A stretch of DNA of 63,713 nt, the filler included, from Lenisia limosa (lineage: Eukaryota; Protista; Breviatea): assembly GCA_001655205.1 (NCBI GenBank). It is 16 parts of 16 records of this genome, joined end to end, with 100 filler letters (N's around TTAATTAATTAA, not from the genome) between each part and the next. Parts side by side here need not be neighbours in the genome. Positions count along the whole stretch, not along the records: positions 12,350 to 14,610 come from LPNZ01006837.1; positions 14,711 to 18,363 come from LPNZ01008696.1; positions 18,464 to 23,406 come from LPNZ01006432.1; positions 23,507 to 29,103 come from LPNZ01011238.1; 12 more parts are not named here. The stretch is one strand, 5' to 3'. The notes beneath the pieces are model-generated. The model did not search any database. It saw only the letters and a list, made by a program, of their open reading frames with translations, and was not told the DNA's origin. The translations under genes were made by a program, and so were the position numbers. Position 1 is the stretch's first letter; the number at the start of each line of letters is the position of its first letter. This document shows positions 12,847-23,589 of this stretch, in pieces.

Positions 12847-13733
12847 GAACAGTCATACCGGGCAGTTAATAGTCCTGGGGGTGCTAAGATTGCTGTCGAA
12901 CATGGTGCCAACGTTGAGCTTCTGCACGCCGTTGCACTCCACATTCAGCAAGAACTAAAAAGGTAAAACATAGCTGTCTGGTATTATAATTTATGATGCA
13001 TGCATTACATGTACATACAGTACTATAACAAACCATCTAAAAACATCAACCCATATTCGCAATAAACCACAAGAGTAAACAAAGCGTCCTATCGCATAAT
13101 TCAACACATACAGGATTAATAACACATAGTATAACACATAGTATACTAGCATAACCCCAAGCACACCCCCCCTCAATACCACACCACAACCCTGGGAACA
13201 AAGCCCACACAACACCTTACACCCCAAACCTTGACTCCGAACCAGGCCGGGCCGGCTTGTCTTGGCCCTGTCGCCTGCACAAACAGGTCATTTGCCGTCA
13301 CGGTCGCGNNNNNNNNNNNNNNNNNNNNNNNNNNNNNNNNNNNNNNNNNNNNNNNNNNNNNNNNNNNNNNNNNNNNNNNNNNNNNNNNNNNNNNNNNNNN
13401 NNNNNNNNNNNNNNNNNNNNNNNNNNNNNNNNNNNNNNNNNNNNNNNNNNNNNNNNNNNNNNNNNNNNNNNNNNNNNNNNNNNNNNNNNNNNNNNNNNNN
13501 NNNNNNNNNNNNNNNNNNNNNNNNNNNNNNNNNNNNNNNNNNNNNNNNNNNNNNNNNNNNNNNNNNNNNNNNNNNNNNCCTCGAAAAGTTTCGATATTTT
13601 ACCGGTCTTTTTCGAACCGAAGTGAAGCCCTACACCCGCCCCCCGCACCTGCCTGCGGGAGGGCAATAGGGGCTGTCGCTGCCGCCCTCAGCTGGAAGGT
13701 TGCCATAGACTTCGAGTCCACTGACGAGATTCG
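12847..13733 (+). CDS. Exon fragments of an unknown protein
   Basis: Exon EQSYRAVNSPGGAKIAVEHGANVELLHAVALHIQQELK(R) in phase with RPGRLVLALSPAQT. Interrupted by gaps. Confidence 0.3.
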
Positions 13734-14723
13734 NNNNNNNNNNNNNNNNNNNNNNNNNNNNNNNNNNNNNNNNNNNNNNNNNNNNNNNNNNNNNNNNNNN
13801 NNNNNNNNNNNNNNNNNNNNNNNNNNNNAGATAAAACCTCAATAAATATCGATAATTTCCCGTTTCGTACCAGTATTGGCTTTCAGTTATCTTCGTGAGT
13901 CGCGCCACAGCTACGCCATCTACGTGTGCGTGAGTATTCTGTGTTAAAAATAGCGGAATTTCTCGATAAAGCCTAGAAAAAAAGTTTCGATGAATATTGA
14001 TAATTTCCTGAAGAAATACCCCCCCCCCCACATGAAGAAATAGTTTTCTGGGGGCACTCTCGTCCGGGAGGCAGTTGAGCCTCTGTCACACATAACTCAA
14101 TATCAACTTCCTGGTCGCCTGAGGGAGGGAGGGGGGTAAAATTGGGAAATTTATGAAACAAAAAAGATTTGGCTTAAGTTAAATCCATTTTGATAGAAAT
14201 GAAAGGCAAGCCAAAATCAATTTGGTTGGCTAAAGAGATAAGAAGAAACAGACGTGGGTTGAAAACATCAAAACAAACAAAGACCAGGCCAGTCGGCGTG
14301 TATGGTCGAAGCTATCGAGATATTGGATTAGAGTATTGTATCATAGGAGAAATATTAGTTCATCCAGTTGTTTTACAACTCCGTACACACAGCTTAAAAT
14401 AAAAACTGGGGCTACCATCCCTCTCACGGGCAGTTTCGGCCTTGTAAGTGATTGTTGTCAAACTTGGGTTTGGCACAAATCTAAAGGGTCAAAAAACTAT
14501 TATACGGGCCAGATGCAACCTTATTTTTTTATTTATCATTGCTATATACTATATCATATACAGACATATGTATCTAATGCAATAAGTACAATGGCACAGA
14601 ACCTTATCCCNNNNNNNNNNNNNNNNNNNNNNNNNNNNNNNNNNNNNNNNNNNNTTAATTAATTAANNNNNNNNNNNNNNNNNNNNNNNNNNNNNNNNNN
14701 NNNNNNNNNNCCCCCCCCCCCCA

Positions 14724-17700
14724 CTTCAGCTTTGATCTTTGCCAGTTGAGCTTCAAGCTGCTGGATCTTAGAAGTATACTGCTGTGTGCGGTCGTTGAGG
14801 GTTTTGTCCAGCTTGCGAACTTCCTTTACAGACGTCTCAACCTGGAGTGTAAAACGAAGGAAATGGGAGGGAGTAAAATGAAGGAAATTTTGATGAAGAA
14901 TATTGGCGTGAAGGTACTACGAACCGAATAATCTGAAACTCCAAACAAAAAAAAAACAAAAAAAAAACAAGCAACAACAAACGATGAGCAACCAACGCTA
15001 AAACTTGACAAAAGCCAGATGTCAAAAACACAAAAACAAAAACAGGCCCGAATTGGAAAATTTATCAAACAAAAAAGCCCAAAATCAACTCTGTTNNNNN
15101 NNNNNNNNNNNNNNNNNNNNNNNNNNNNNNNNNNNNNNNNNNNNNNNNNNNNNNNNNNNNNNNNNNNNNNNNNATATTGGTGTAATAGGGGGGATGAAAT
15201 GAAAAAAAAAAAAAAGAGCCCAGAATCAACTCTGAAATGAATAATTGAAATGAATCAATTTTGTTGGTTTAGTACAGCGGGAAGAGAGGCGAAATCGAAA
15301 TGAAAAACAGAAAGCAACGTACCTCAGTCTTCAGTCCAGCAATTTGATCAGCATAAGCCTTCTCAACTCCCGTGAGGTTCTCGCCACTAGCCTCAAGTCG
15401 AGCCTTTAGAATGTTGATCTGCAGCGTCATCCAAGTTTCGAAGTAATTTGTGAGGGAAATGTTGATATGCATGTTGCAAGTTGGAAGTTTGTTTCCTATG
15501 TAATTCATACTAAATGTGTTTTAGCGTTCTTAAAAGAATTCCCCCCCCCCACCTCTGCCGTCAACTCGGCGTTCTGATTTGACACTTCTTCGTTCTCGTC
15601 AACAACAAACTGCATGTCCTCCTCTGCTCGCTGCTCAGCCTCTGTGGCCTGTGCCCTTGCCTCCTCCAGCGCGGTTGTCGTGGTTGTGAGGCTTAGCTCC
15701 TAGGGGGGGGGGGTAAAACGAAGGAAATTTCGATGAAGAATATTGGCGTAAAGGTACTAATCANNNNNNNNNNNNNNNNNNNNNNNNNNNNNNNNNNNNN
15801 NNNNNNNNNNNNNNNNNNNNNNNNNNNNNNNNNNNNNNNNNNNNNNNNNNNCAACGCTTAAACTAGACAAAAGCCAGATGACAAAACACAAAAACAAAAA
15901 AAAGCCCGAGCCAGCCTTTAGTAAAATTGGAAAATTGGTAAAGAAAATTTGATAACTATTTGCTTAAGGTACTCCTAATCATGAACCAAGTAATCTGAAA
16001 CTCCAAACAAACAGTGAGGCAAGGTTTCCATAGGGAGGTTAGGAGATAAAAGAAGGGAAAACGGAAGAATATTGATATGAGAGTGTAACCAACTTCTCAA
16101 TAACCCCCCAACCTTCTCAGCAATAGTGCGCTGGCACGCCAATGTCTCTTCGCGTGCCTCCGTAGCCTCCTCCTCCAGCGCCGTAATGTACTCCTGGAGC
16201 TGCGAGAGTTCGCCCTCAAGCATTGGAACCTACGGCCTGGGTTAGAACATTGGTGGAATTATTCATTCAATTCTCTATTTGTATTTTGATGGAATAAAAA
16301 TCCTGCACAGACCTGTTCCAAGGCCTCCACAGCCTCCTGAGCCACATCAGCCTTCTGGGTCAGCGTCCGGATTTCTGGGCGGAGTAAAACGAAGGTTATT
16401 TCGACAAAGGGTATTGGCGTAAAGGCACGAGAAACATGTGGGGGGGGGGGGTTAAATGAAGTAATATGAAACAAAATGTTAAAAGAATATTTCGTTGAAT
16501 ATTGATTAGGGGGAGGGGTAGAAGAGGGGGATTTCGAAGAAGAATATTGGTGTTAATAATCGGAACTCCAAAAGAGTGAAGGAGAGTGAAGGAAGAACTC
16601 CAACATGGTGAAGAAGGAGAGTGAAGGAAGAACTCCAACATGGTGAAGCTCATTAAAGCGGAGAGTGAAAGAGGAAGACCGCCATCCTCCACCCACCTTT
16701 CCTAGCCTTCTCAAGGGCCTCATTGAGCTCATCCTGAGCCTGTTCACCCTGCTCAATATACTCCTGGATCGCCTCGATCTAAACCATTAGTGCCGTTTTT
16801 TAGTGTCTGGTGCCTGGGTTTGGTTTTTGGAGTCAAAGCCCATAAAAAAATGACAATAATACTGTTTATGCAACATTGAGAAATCATGACATCACCATCT
16901 CCGCCCACCTCCATGTCCTTCTCCTCCAGCTTGTACTCAAAAGCCTCCACCGTGTCCTTCTGAGACTGCTGCATTGCCTCCAACTTGTTACCGCATTCGG
17001 TCGAATTCTGTCGCAACTCAATAACCTGGGGGGGGGGGTGAAATTGGAAAATTTATGAAACAAAAAAGCCCAAATCAACTTTGTTGGCAACAAAACAAAC
17101 AAGCCCAGGCCAATCGCTTCTGCAGCACTCCGTAACAAGAAGGAAATTTCGATGAAGAATATTGGGGATGCACAATGCAACTGACCCCCACCTGTGCAAG
17201 AAGATCCTCGCGTTCAGCCTCAACTTCTTCGATATCCTCCTCTAATTCCTGCACGGTGAGTTGAGATCCTTAGATCACCATAATCCTCACTCATCATTGT
17301 CATATCCATCTCCCAGTTTCCTACCATAGCCATATAAACCCCGCAGTACCCGGATCTTAGTGTCATGACGCTGCTGAATTTTAGCGACCTCCACGTCTCG
17401 GGCGATATTGGCCATAGTGGCGGACGATGACGAGGCAGGTATCATGGTGGTCATGGTGGCTGCTGAGGTTTTGGCTTGGATCTGGGGCATAAACCAAAAT
17501 AGTCATGAATAGTAAAAATATTACACAAGAGAAGGGACAAGATATCAGCTCACATAAATTAAAAAGAAAAATGTTGAGGTGAGAGAGACCAAATAGATGA
17601 TATCCCCCCCTTTTTAGGAAGGAAACCCATAAAAATATCAAGATTTCTCGAGATTTAGTCAATAGTAAACCACATACATGTGTTAAACTAGATAATATAC

Positions 17701-18330
17701 ATACAGTGACCAGGATTAGTCTTGTCCGAGTTTACTTCGGACAAGACTTATCTCGGTCACTGTAAATTTACAAAAGGTACCCGCTCCCCCCACCTGTGCC
17801 ACCATCATAATCGCCGCGGCCGGAATAACTGTTCCGTTCTCGAGAGCCAGCGACCCGTCGTCGGCTACGGTGGCACCCAAGGCCGTGGCTGTGGCCTGGG
17901 GTGCGGGTAAACGAAGGAAATTCATGAAACAATAAAGAGCCCAAATCAACACACAAGGGTTGATAACAACAAAATAAAAAAAAGCCCAGGCCAGTCGCTT
18001 GGCAGCACCGCATCCAATTGGAGAAAAATTGGAAAATTTATGAGACAATAAAGAGCCCAAAATCAACTCTGGGGGGGGGGGTGACTCGAAAGTTGGTCCA
18101 AAGATCATAAAACTGTCAATATCATTAATCCAAATATTAACTTGGGACATCAACACACAAAGGTGTTCATATCAGAGTATCATTACCTACTTCTATTCAA
18201 TGTAATATGTAATATGTAATTAATTCATGATGGGTCTTATCCGCCCCAAATCAGACCTGGATGATTTCCTCCTGCGGCATGGGCGTCTGGAGAGTCTCAA
18301 GAACTTCCTCAGCTGTGGCTTCTGTGGGCG
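14724..18330 (-). CDS. Long coiled-coil protein, internal fragment (10 or more exons)
   Basis: Exons such as ELEEDIEEVEAEREDLLAQ | VIELRQNSTECGNKLEAMQQSQKDTVEAFEYKLEEKDME, EIRTLTQKADVAQEAVEALEQ, MLEGELSQLQEYITALEEEATEAREETLACQRTIAEK and VETSVKEVRKLDKTLNDRTQQYTSKIQQLEAQLAKIKAE. E/Q/K/L heptad composition. Confidence 0.75.
14842..15045 (-). repeat. Copy of intron-end cassette A2 forming a 3' splice site
   Basis: ...GTTTGGAGTTTCAGATTATTCGGTTCGTAGTACCTTCACGCCAATATTCTTCATCAAAATTTCCTTC...TTTCCTTCGTTTTACACTCCAG|GTTGAG. Other copies at 3640-3760, 11745-11820, 15700-15763, 16375-16410, 22791-22863 (antisense), 26040-26300, 36594-36670 and 48040-48125. Confidence 0.85.
17026..17191 (-). repeat. 166-nt intron made almost entirely of the two dispersed intron-end cassettes
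   Basis: CAG|GTGGGGG ... CCAATATTCTTCATCGAAATTTCCTTC ... GCTGCAGAAGCGATTGGCCTGGGC ... TTGATTTGGGCTTTTTTGTTTCATAAATTTTCCAATTTCACCCCCCCCCCCAG|GTT. The flanking exons join in frame. Confidence 0.85.
17702..17764. mobile_element. 59-bp Tc1/mariner-type MITE (TA|CAGTG...CACTG|TA)
   Basis: Near-perfect palindrome TACAGTGACCAGGATTAGTCTTGTCCGA GTTTACT TCGGACAAGACTTATCTCGGTCACTGTA. Related degenerate copies at ~7497-7577, ~10244-10305, ~53270-53340, ~63120-63180 and ~63480-63520. Confidence 0.75.
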
Positions 18331-18575
18331 ATTAAGGAAGAGGATCAGTAGGAGAGTGGGGGGNNNNNNNNNNNNNNNNNNNNNNNNNNNNNNNNNNNNN
18401 NNNNNNNTTAATTAATTAANNNNNNNNNNNNNNNNNNNNNNNNNNNNNNNNNNNNNNNNNNNNAGGGTAAAGATCTTTCATATAGAATCCATTTCACCAT
18501 AATATGGATAGGGGAAGATAAATTCCCCATAATCTTAGCATCATATCTGCTCACAAAACACCCCATCAAGCCCAC

Positions 18576-19696
18576 TATGAACTTCGTAGATTTTGAGGGC
18601 GTCAGGTTTTGGAGGACGCGGCGTTTGGAACTTGTAAGGGTGTTCGGCGTTCCAAAAACGACCTTAAAGTGTCACGAGAAAGGTGGTCACACGCCGTGGA
18701 GTGAATGGCCATGAAGGTTATTATATATTATTGTCCATGTATTCATGTACCCCTTGAGCATGTTTGACGTATTTTCTTCTCATATATTATTGATTCTATT
18801 TCGCCTGGTACCTTCGTAGATAGGGGTTCCGTCCTCCATTTGGGCCACGTAAGGAGCCCACACTGGCAGGCGGTCTGTTTGCTGTCCATTGGGAAGGGTG
18901 ACCGCAACCTTTTGTTGGGTGAGGTTAGAGAGTTAAAAATGATGTATACTATATGTATGGGCATTTTTTTATTTGAAAACAATACTTTAAGTATCAATAT
19001 CCAAAAGAGAGAAATTGAATGTCAAAGCAACGCTCTCAATAGCAGAAGAAAAGAAAAAATCTGTCTGAAAAAGCTTGTTGCAAGTTGAATTCAACTCCGC
19101 ATTGAAAACGTTGCAACATGCCAACCTTGAACTTTGACATGTGTTGGATGACTGGCTTCCCGTCAACAAAAGGAATGCGTACTGTCCAATGCCCGAAGTC
19201 GCCTCTGACTCCTTGGTATTGCCAACGATCCCAGTTGTCTGAGTTGAAATGAGACGGAAACCCAATTCAACTCTTCTTAAATGGACGCATTTGATAGTAC
19301 TATGTATAATTATCTCATAACTGTCCTGAAAGAAGACAGAGGTACCTTGAAAAAAGGAGATGTCATTCCCGCAAACTGAAATCGCCGTAAAGAGAGATCT
19401 GCTGAAGTCCAGGAGCCCATTCGCGATAAACAATGGCATTATCCTGAAGAAAAGGTCATTCACAAAATAACTCAAATGACACAAACCTCGATGTGAAGGC
19501 CGAACTTGGTGTAACTCTTTGTGAAATCAGAAAAATCATTGCAGTTAGCTACAATGTGTGCTTCCAATTCAGTGCAGCGCTCAACCCTGTATTATGTGAG
19601 TGGTATTCAAGAAACCAACCTTTTGTTGATCACCTCCGCATATGGTTCAAGAGACGGATCATCCTTAACTAGTTGAGGGAGTTTGGAGCCACCCAT
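18576..19696 (-). CDS. GBE1: 1,4-alpha-glucan branching enzyme, N-terminal part (truncated at scaffold end)
   Basis: MGGSKLPQLVKDDPSLEPYAEVINKR|VERC...SYTKFGLHIE|DNAIVYREWAPGLQQISLYGDF|NNWDRW...DFGHWTVRIP...HMSKFK|VAVTLPNGQQTDRLPVWAPYV...IYEG|RFWNAEHPYKFQTPRPPKPDALKIYEVH. CBM48 and GH13 start motifs, exons in phase. Confidence 0.92.
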
Positions 19697-20005
19697 TTGT
19701 TGAACTATATTCACAAAATAAATATCGAGTTCTACTTGCTGTACCCTGATTCACTAAGACCTATTTGTGTAAGAAATCTCAGAAATACACTTAAAGAGTC
19801 CAAAAACAAAAGAAAGCACATTCAAGAAACATTCAATTTAAATAGTATTGTGCCCGGTAGAAATATGACAGAGTATATGTTTTTTTTTGTGAAACAATTC
19901 TGCCTTTACCACGCTTTAAGAACACCTATAGCGAATATAAACCTAACTTTTTAGCACATTTAAACAGAAAGAAATGAGTATAAGGAGATAGATAAGTTTT
20001 TTGAA

Positions 20006-23000
20006 ATGGTTGAATCTATACCCATGCCTTCAAGGCCTGAGGCGCCTTCCACTGTGGATTCTGTTGGCCCGTTTTACCTGGGAAGAACACTTGGATGCGG
20101 ATCGACATGTAGGACTCTGTTTTGGACGGTTTGTGTGATTTATCTCTCCAGGCAAAGTCAAAATGGGAATTCACAAGGTCTCTGGCATGAAAGTGGCCAT
20201 CAAGATATTACCCAGGGCCGCATTAGATGCAAATAAACAGATGCGTCAGAAAGTATGCGTCTTTTTCTTACTCCATCTTTGCCTAATTGTCGCACCCTTT
20301 GTCTAACTCGTAGGTTGAACGAGAAATAGCAGTGATGAAGCTTATTGACCATCCATCTGTCATGAAGCTCTATGATGTTTACGAAACCTCGAAGTATCTG
20401 TAAGCTAATCGAAGCAGGGTTCGTTGTCTAACTCCCCCCAGGTTCCTTGTCTTAGAATACGTTGAACGTGGTGTAAGAGGGACGAAGGGGTTGAGTTCAA
20501 CCTACTACCTTGATGAAAGGTTGATCTTTCCAGGAACTTTTCGACTATCTTGTGTCCCGAGGCAAGCTTGAGCCAGATGAAGCGCGGCAGTTCTTCCGAC
20601 AACTGATATTTGCGGTCGATTATTGCCACAAACATTCAATTTGGTGTGCTCAGAACCTTTCAACAATTGAGAAAGCTGGTATCCGAATACCCATCCCGCA
20701 TTTTGTTTGGTATTTACTCATAGTCACAAGTGTTACACTATAACGCATATAGCCATCGAGACCTGAAACCCGAGAATCTGCTGCTTGATTCCAGCAATAG
20801 TCTGAAGGTGAGTAGGGATTATTACAGCAATTAGATTGCTTCCGACAGAAATGAATTCCTAGATGTGGAGGGGGGGTTGAATGACAAGTTCAATCGAGAA
20901 AGTTGAAGGCAAGGGTCTATGTCAAAGAGAGTATAAAAGGGGTCATCTGGTTTACAAGGAATTCAACCATTATCAAAAAAAAATGCGATGAGAGGATGGA
21001 TTATCCGATTACTTCTGCTGAACTACAAGTGTACTTTCTAGTGTTTGTGAAGAGTAGTACCGTCATTATTATGTAACCATTAGCACCTTCCAGGCATTTT
21101 CCTCCCCTCACTACACAGGTGGCGGACTTCGGAATGGCGTCTTTGATGAAGAACGGCAATCTCCTTAGGACGTCTTGCGGGTATCAGGAGGGAAAAAAGA
21201 ATGAATTTTTTTGAAAACTATCGATATTTTACCGGTCTTTTTCGAACCGAAGTGAAGCCCAGCTTGTAATTGGTGCTTCAAGTTATATTTCTCGGGGTGG
21301 AGTATTGTTGCCGCATTTCTTTCTATCTTGAACCAATACATACAATTCTAAATAATTTACTGGTCTTTATTGTTGTCTCACCCAACAGATCTCCCCACTA
21401 TGCTTCTCCTGAAGTCATAATGGTTGGTTGGATATAATTCCGGGACAGTGATAGTGATAGGAAGTTGAAGTTCGCAAAAAAGGAACCACTATGAAGATAA
21501 AAAAACACAACACAAAATTCAACACAATTCCACAGGCAACAATAGAACAATGTGTTTCAATACGATAAATAGTATTAGAGTTCCATTGAGAGCATATGAG
21601 TATTGATAACTCATCATCACTGTAACAAATAAATTATGGGTGAATGTGTCGCAAAACTATCAGCCTTTTAGCCTAATCTTAGGGGATCTTGAGCCTAATC
21701 TAACAGGGATCACAATATGATGGCGTATTTGCGGACACATGGAGTTGTGGCGTAATCCTATTTGCTCTTCTCACTGGAAAGCTACCGTTTGATGATCCGA
21801 ATATCCGAAGACTCCTGTCAAAGGTTGGCGTACTCCAAGACTGATAAATTGAATCAGTGTTGAGAACCAACAGAGTTAATTGTTAGGGGGGGTTTTTTTG
21901 TTTCACAATTCTCCTTCGTTTACCCCCCCCCCCCCAGGTCNNNNNNNNNNNNNNNNNNNNNNNNNNNNNNNNNNNNNNNNNNNNNNNNNNNNNNNNNNNN
22001 NNNNNNNNNNNNNNNNNNNNNNNNNNNNNNNNNNNNNNNNNNNNNNNNNNNNNNNNNNNNNNNNNNNNNNNNNNNNNACGTTAAAGAACGAGCCACTATC
22101 GACGTTATCAAGGTGGGTATTATGTAATCAAGGTGGGTATTATGTAATCAAGGTATTATGTAATCAGGTGGGTATTATGTAATCAAGATGGGTATTATGT
22201 AATCAAGGTGATTATTATGTAATCAAGGTGATTATTATGTAATCAAGGTGGGTATTATGTAATCAAGGTGGGTATTATGTAATCAAGGTGGGTATTATGT
22301 AATCAAGATGGGTATTTGTGAAATCATAAAGGCGGCGGAGGCATTATTATTGCAGTGCACAGATTTTGGCTTATTTTCGTTTTTTTTTATTTTACATATT
22401 TCCAATTNNNNNNNNNNNNNNNNNNNNNNNNNNNNNNNNNNNNNNNNNNNNNNNNNNNNNNNNNNNNNNNNNNNNNNNNNNNNNNNNNNNNNNNNNNNNN
22501 NNNNNNNNNNNNNNNNNNNNNNNNGCTGTGGCAAGCAAGTCGATTAGAGAGGCTAAGGTTGGCGGTAGAGGCTAAGGATGAGGTTTAAGATGGTGGCATT
22601 GTCTTTGAGTACCCCTAGTGCCTCTCTCCGACAAAGGAGCTTCGACTTTTTTTAGTTAATATTTTTTCCATCCTCTCCCCCCCCCCCTCACCGCCCTCAC
22701 TGTCTAGGCTGACCGACTGCCTGACGAAGCCTCCATAGACCAAGACACCTTGTTCACCCTGCATTCGCTGGGATGGGGGGACAAGGGTATGGGGGGGCTA
22801 AACGAAGGAAATTTGAAGGTTGTTATTGAAATAACGAACTAATCACGAGCCGAATAATCTTAAACAGGGGGGGGGGGGCAAGAGATGTTTCTTTTTATAT
22901 TTTGGGGCTTTTTTTTATTTTTTTAAAATTTCCAATTTTACTGGACTCACCCTCAGAATCATTGGTCCGCAACCTGCTGAGTGAGGAAAAGACCAGAGAG

Positions 23001-23388
23001 AAGGTGTTTTACCACCTCATTATGCAGCGGCGAGTCACGGACGAGCGCGTCTTTGGGTCCAGGAAGGGACGGAGGTGTGGAGGGGGGCCATCGTATTGAT
23101 AAGGAAGATAGACAGTTTGATTCTGCTATAGCATCTTACTGATAAGGAACAGACAATTTGATTGCCCACAGCATCTTATTGATAGGGACATAGACAATTT
23201 GAATCTGCCATAGCGTCTTATTGATATGGAACATGGACAATTTGATTGCATAGCATCGTATTGATAAGGAATAAAGACAGTTTGATTCTGCCATAGCATC
23301 TTTACATGTTTATCACCACCTCCTCCTCACATCTTGCAGTTCGTCCCTTGTTGATGAAGCGCCCATAACCAGGGCATCCAGTCTTGAG
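20006..23388 (+). CDS. AMPK-related Ser/Thr kinase of BRSK/SAD type with UBA domain (3'-truncated)
   Basis: [10 protein letters not shown]|CKVK...VAIK...[14 protein letters not shown]...[12 protein letters not shown]...VADFGMA...LRTSCG|SPHYASPE...[30 protein letters not shown], followed by the UBA-like [17 protein letters not shown]|[26 protein letters not shown]. Confidence 0.92.
22107..22320 (+). repeat. 20-bp tandem repeat, 11 units, containing the kinase exon end and splice donor
   Basis: Unit ATCAAG|GTGGGTATTATGTA. The first unit overlaps the end of exon [12 protein letters not shown] (donor at 22113). Confidence 0.9.
23089..23305 (+). repeat. Degenerate ~40-43-bp tandem repeat, 5 units, intronic
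   Basis: Units like CATCTTATTGATAAGGAACAGACAATTTGATTCTGCCATAG, each ending in YAG. Confidence 0.85.
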
Positions 23389-23589
23389 CGTAAGGGGGGG
23401 GGGGGGNNNNNNNNNNNNNNNNNNNNNNNNNNNNNNNNNNNNNNNNNNNNTTAATTAATTAANNNNNNNNNNNNNNNNNNNNNNNNNNNNNNNNNNNNNN
23501 NNNNNNACATTCCTGACTTAGGACCTAATATAATTCACCCATACCCCCGGATATACTCTTGATATTTTTATTATTCATTTTGGGATCCA

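Noticed and set aside
17026-17191. Classical introner elements (whole intron equals a TIR transposon with TSD)
   Set aside because: No TIRs or TSDs were found at intron boundaries and the 5' parts of introns differ. Only the 3' modules are shared, so this is reported as a distinct, weaker claim.
18987-19484. 165-aa ORF as a standalone gene (likewise 31545-31904)
   Set aside because: These are out-of-frame read-throughs overlapping true GBE1 and HAGH exons and introns.
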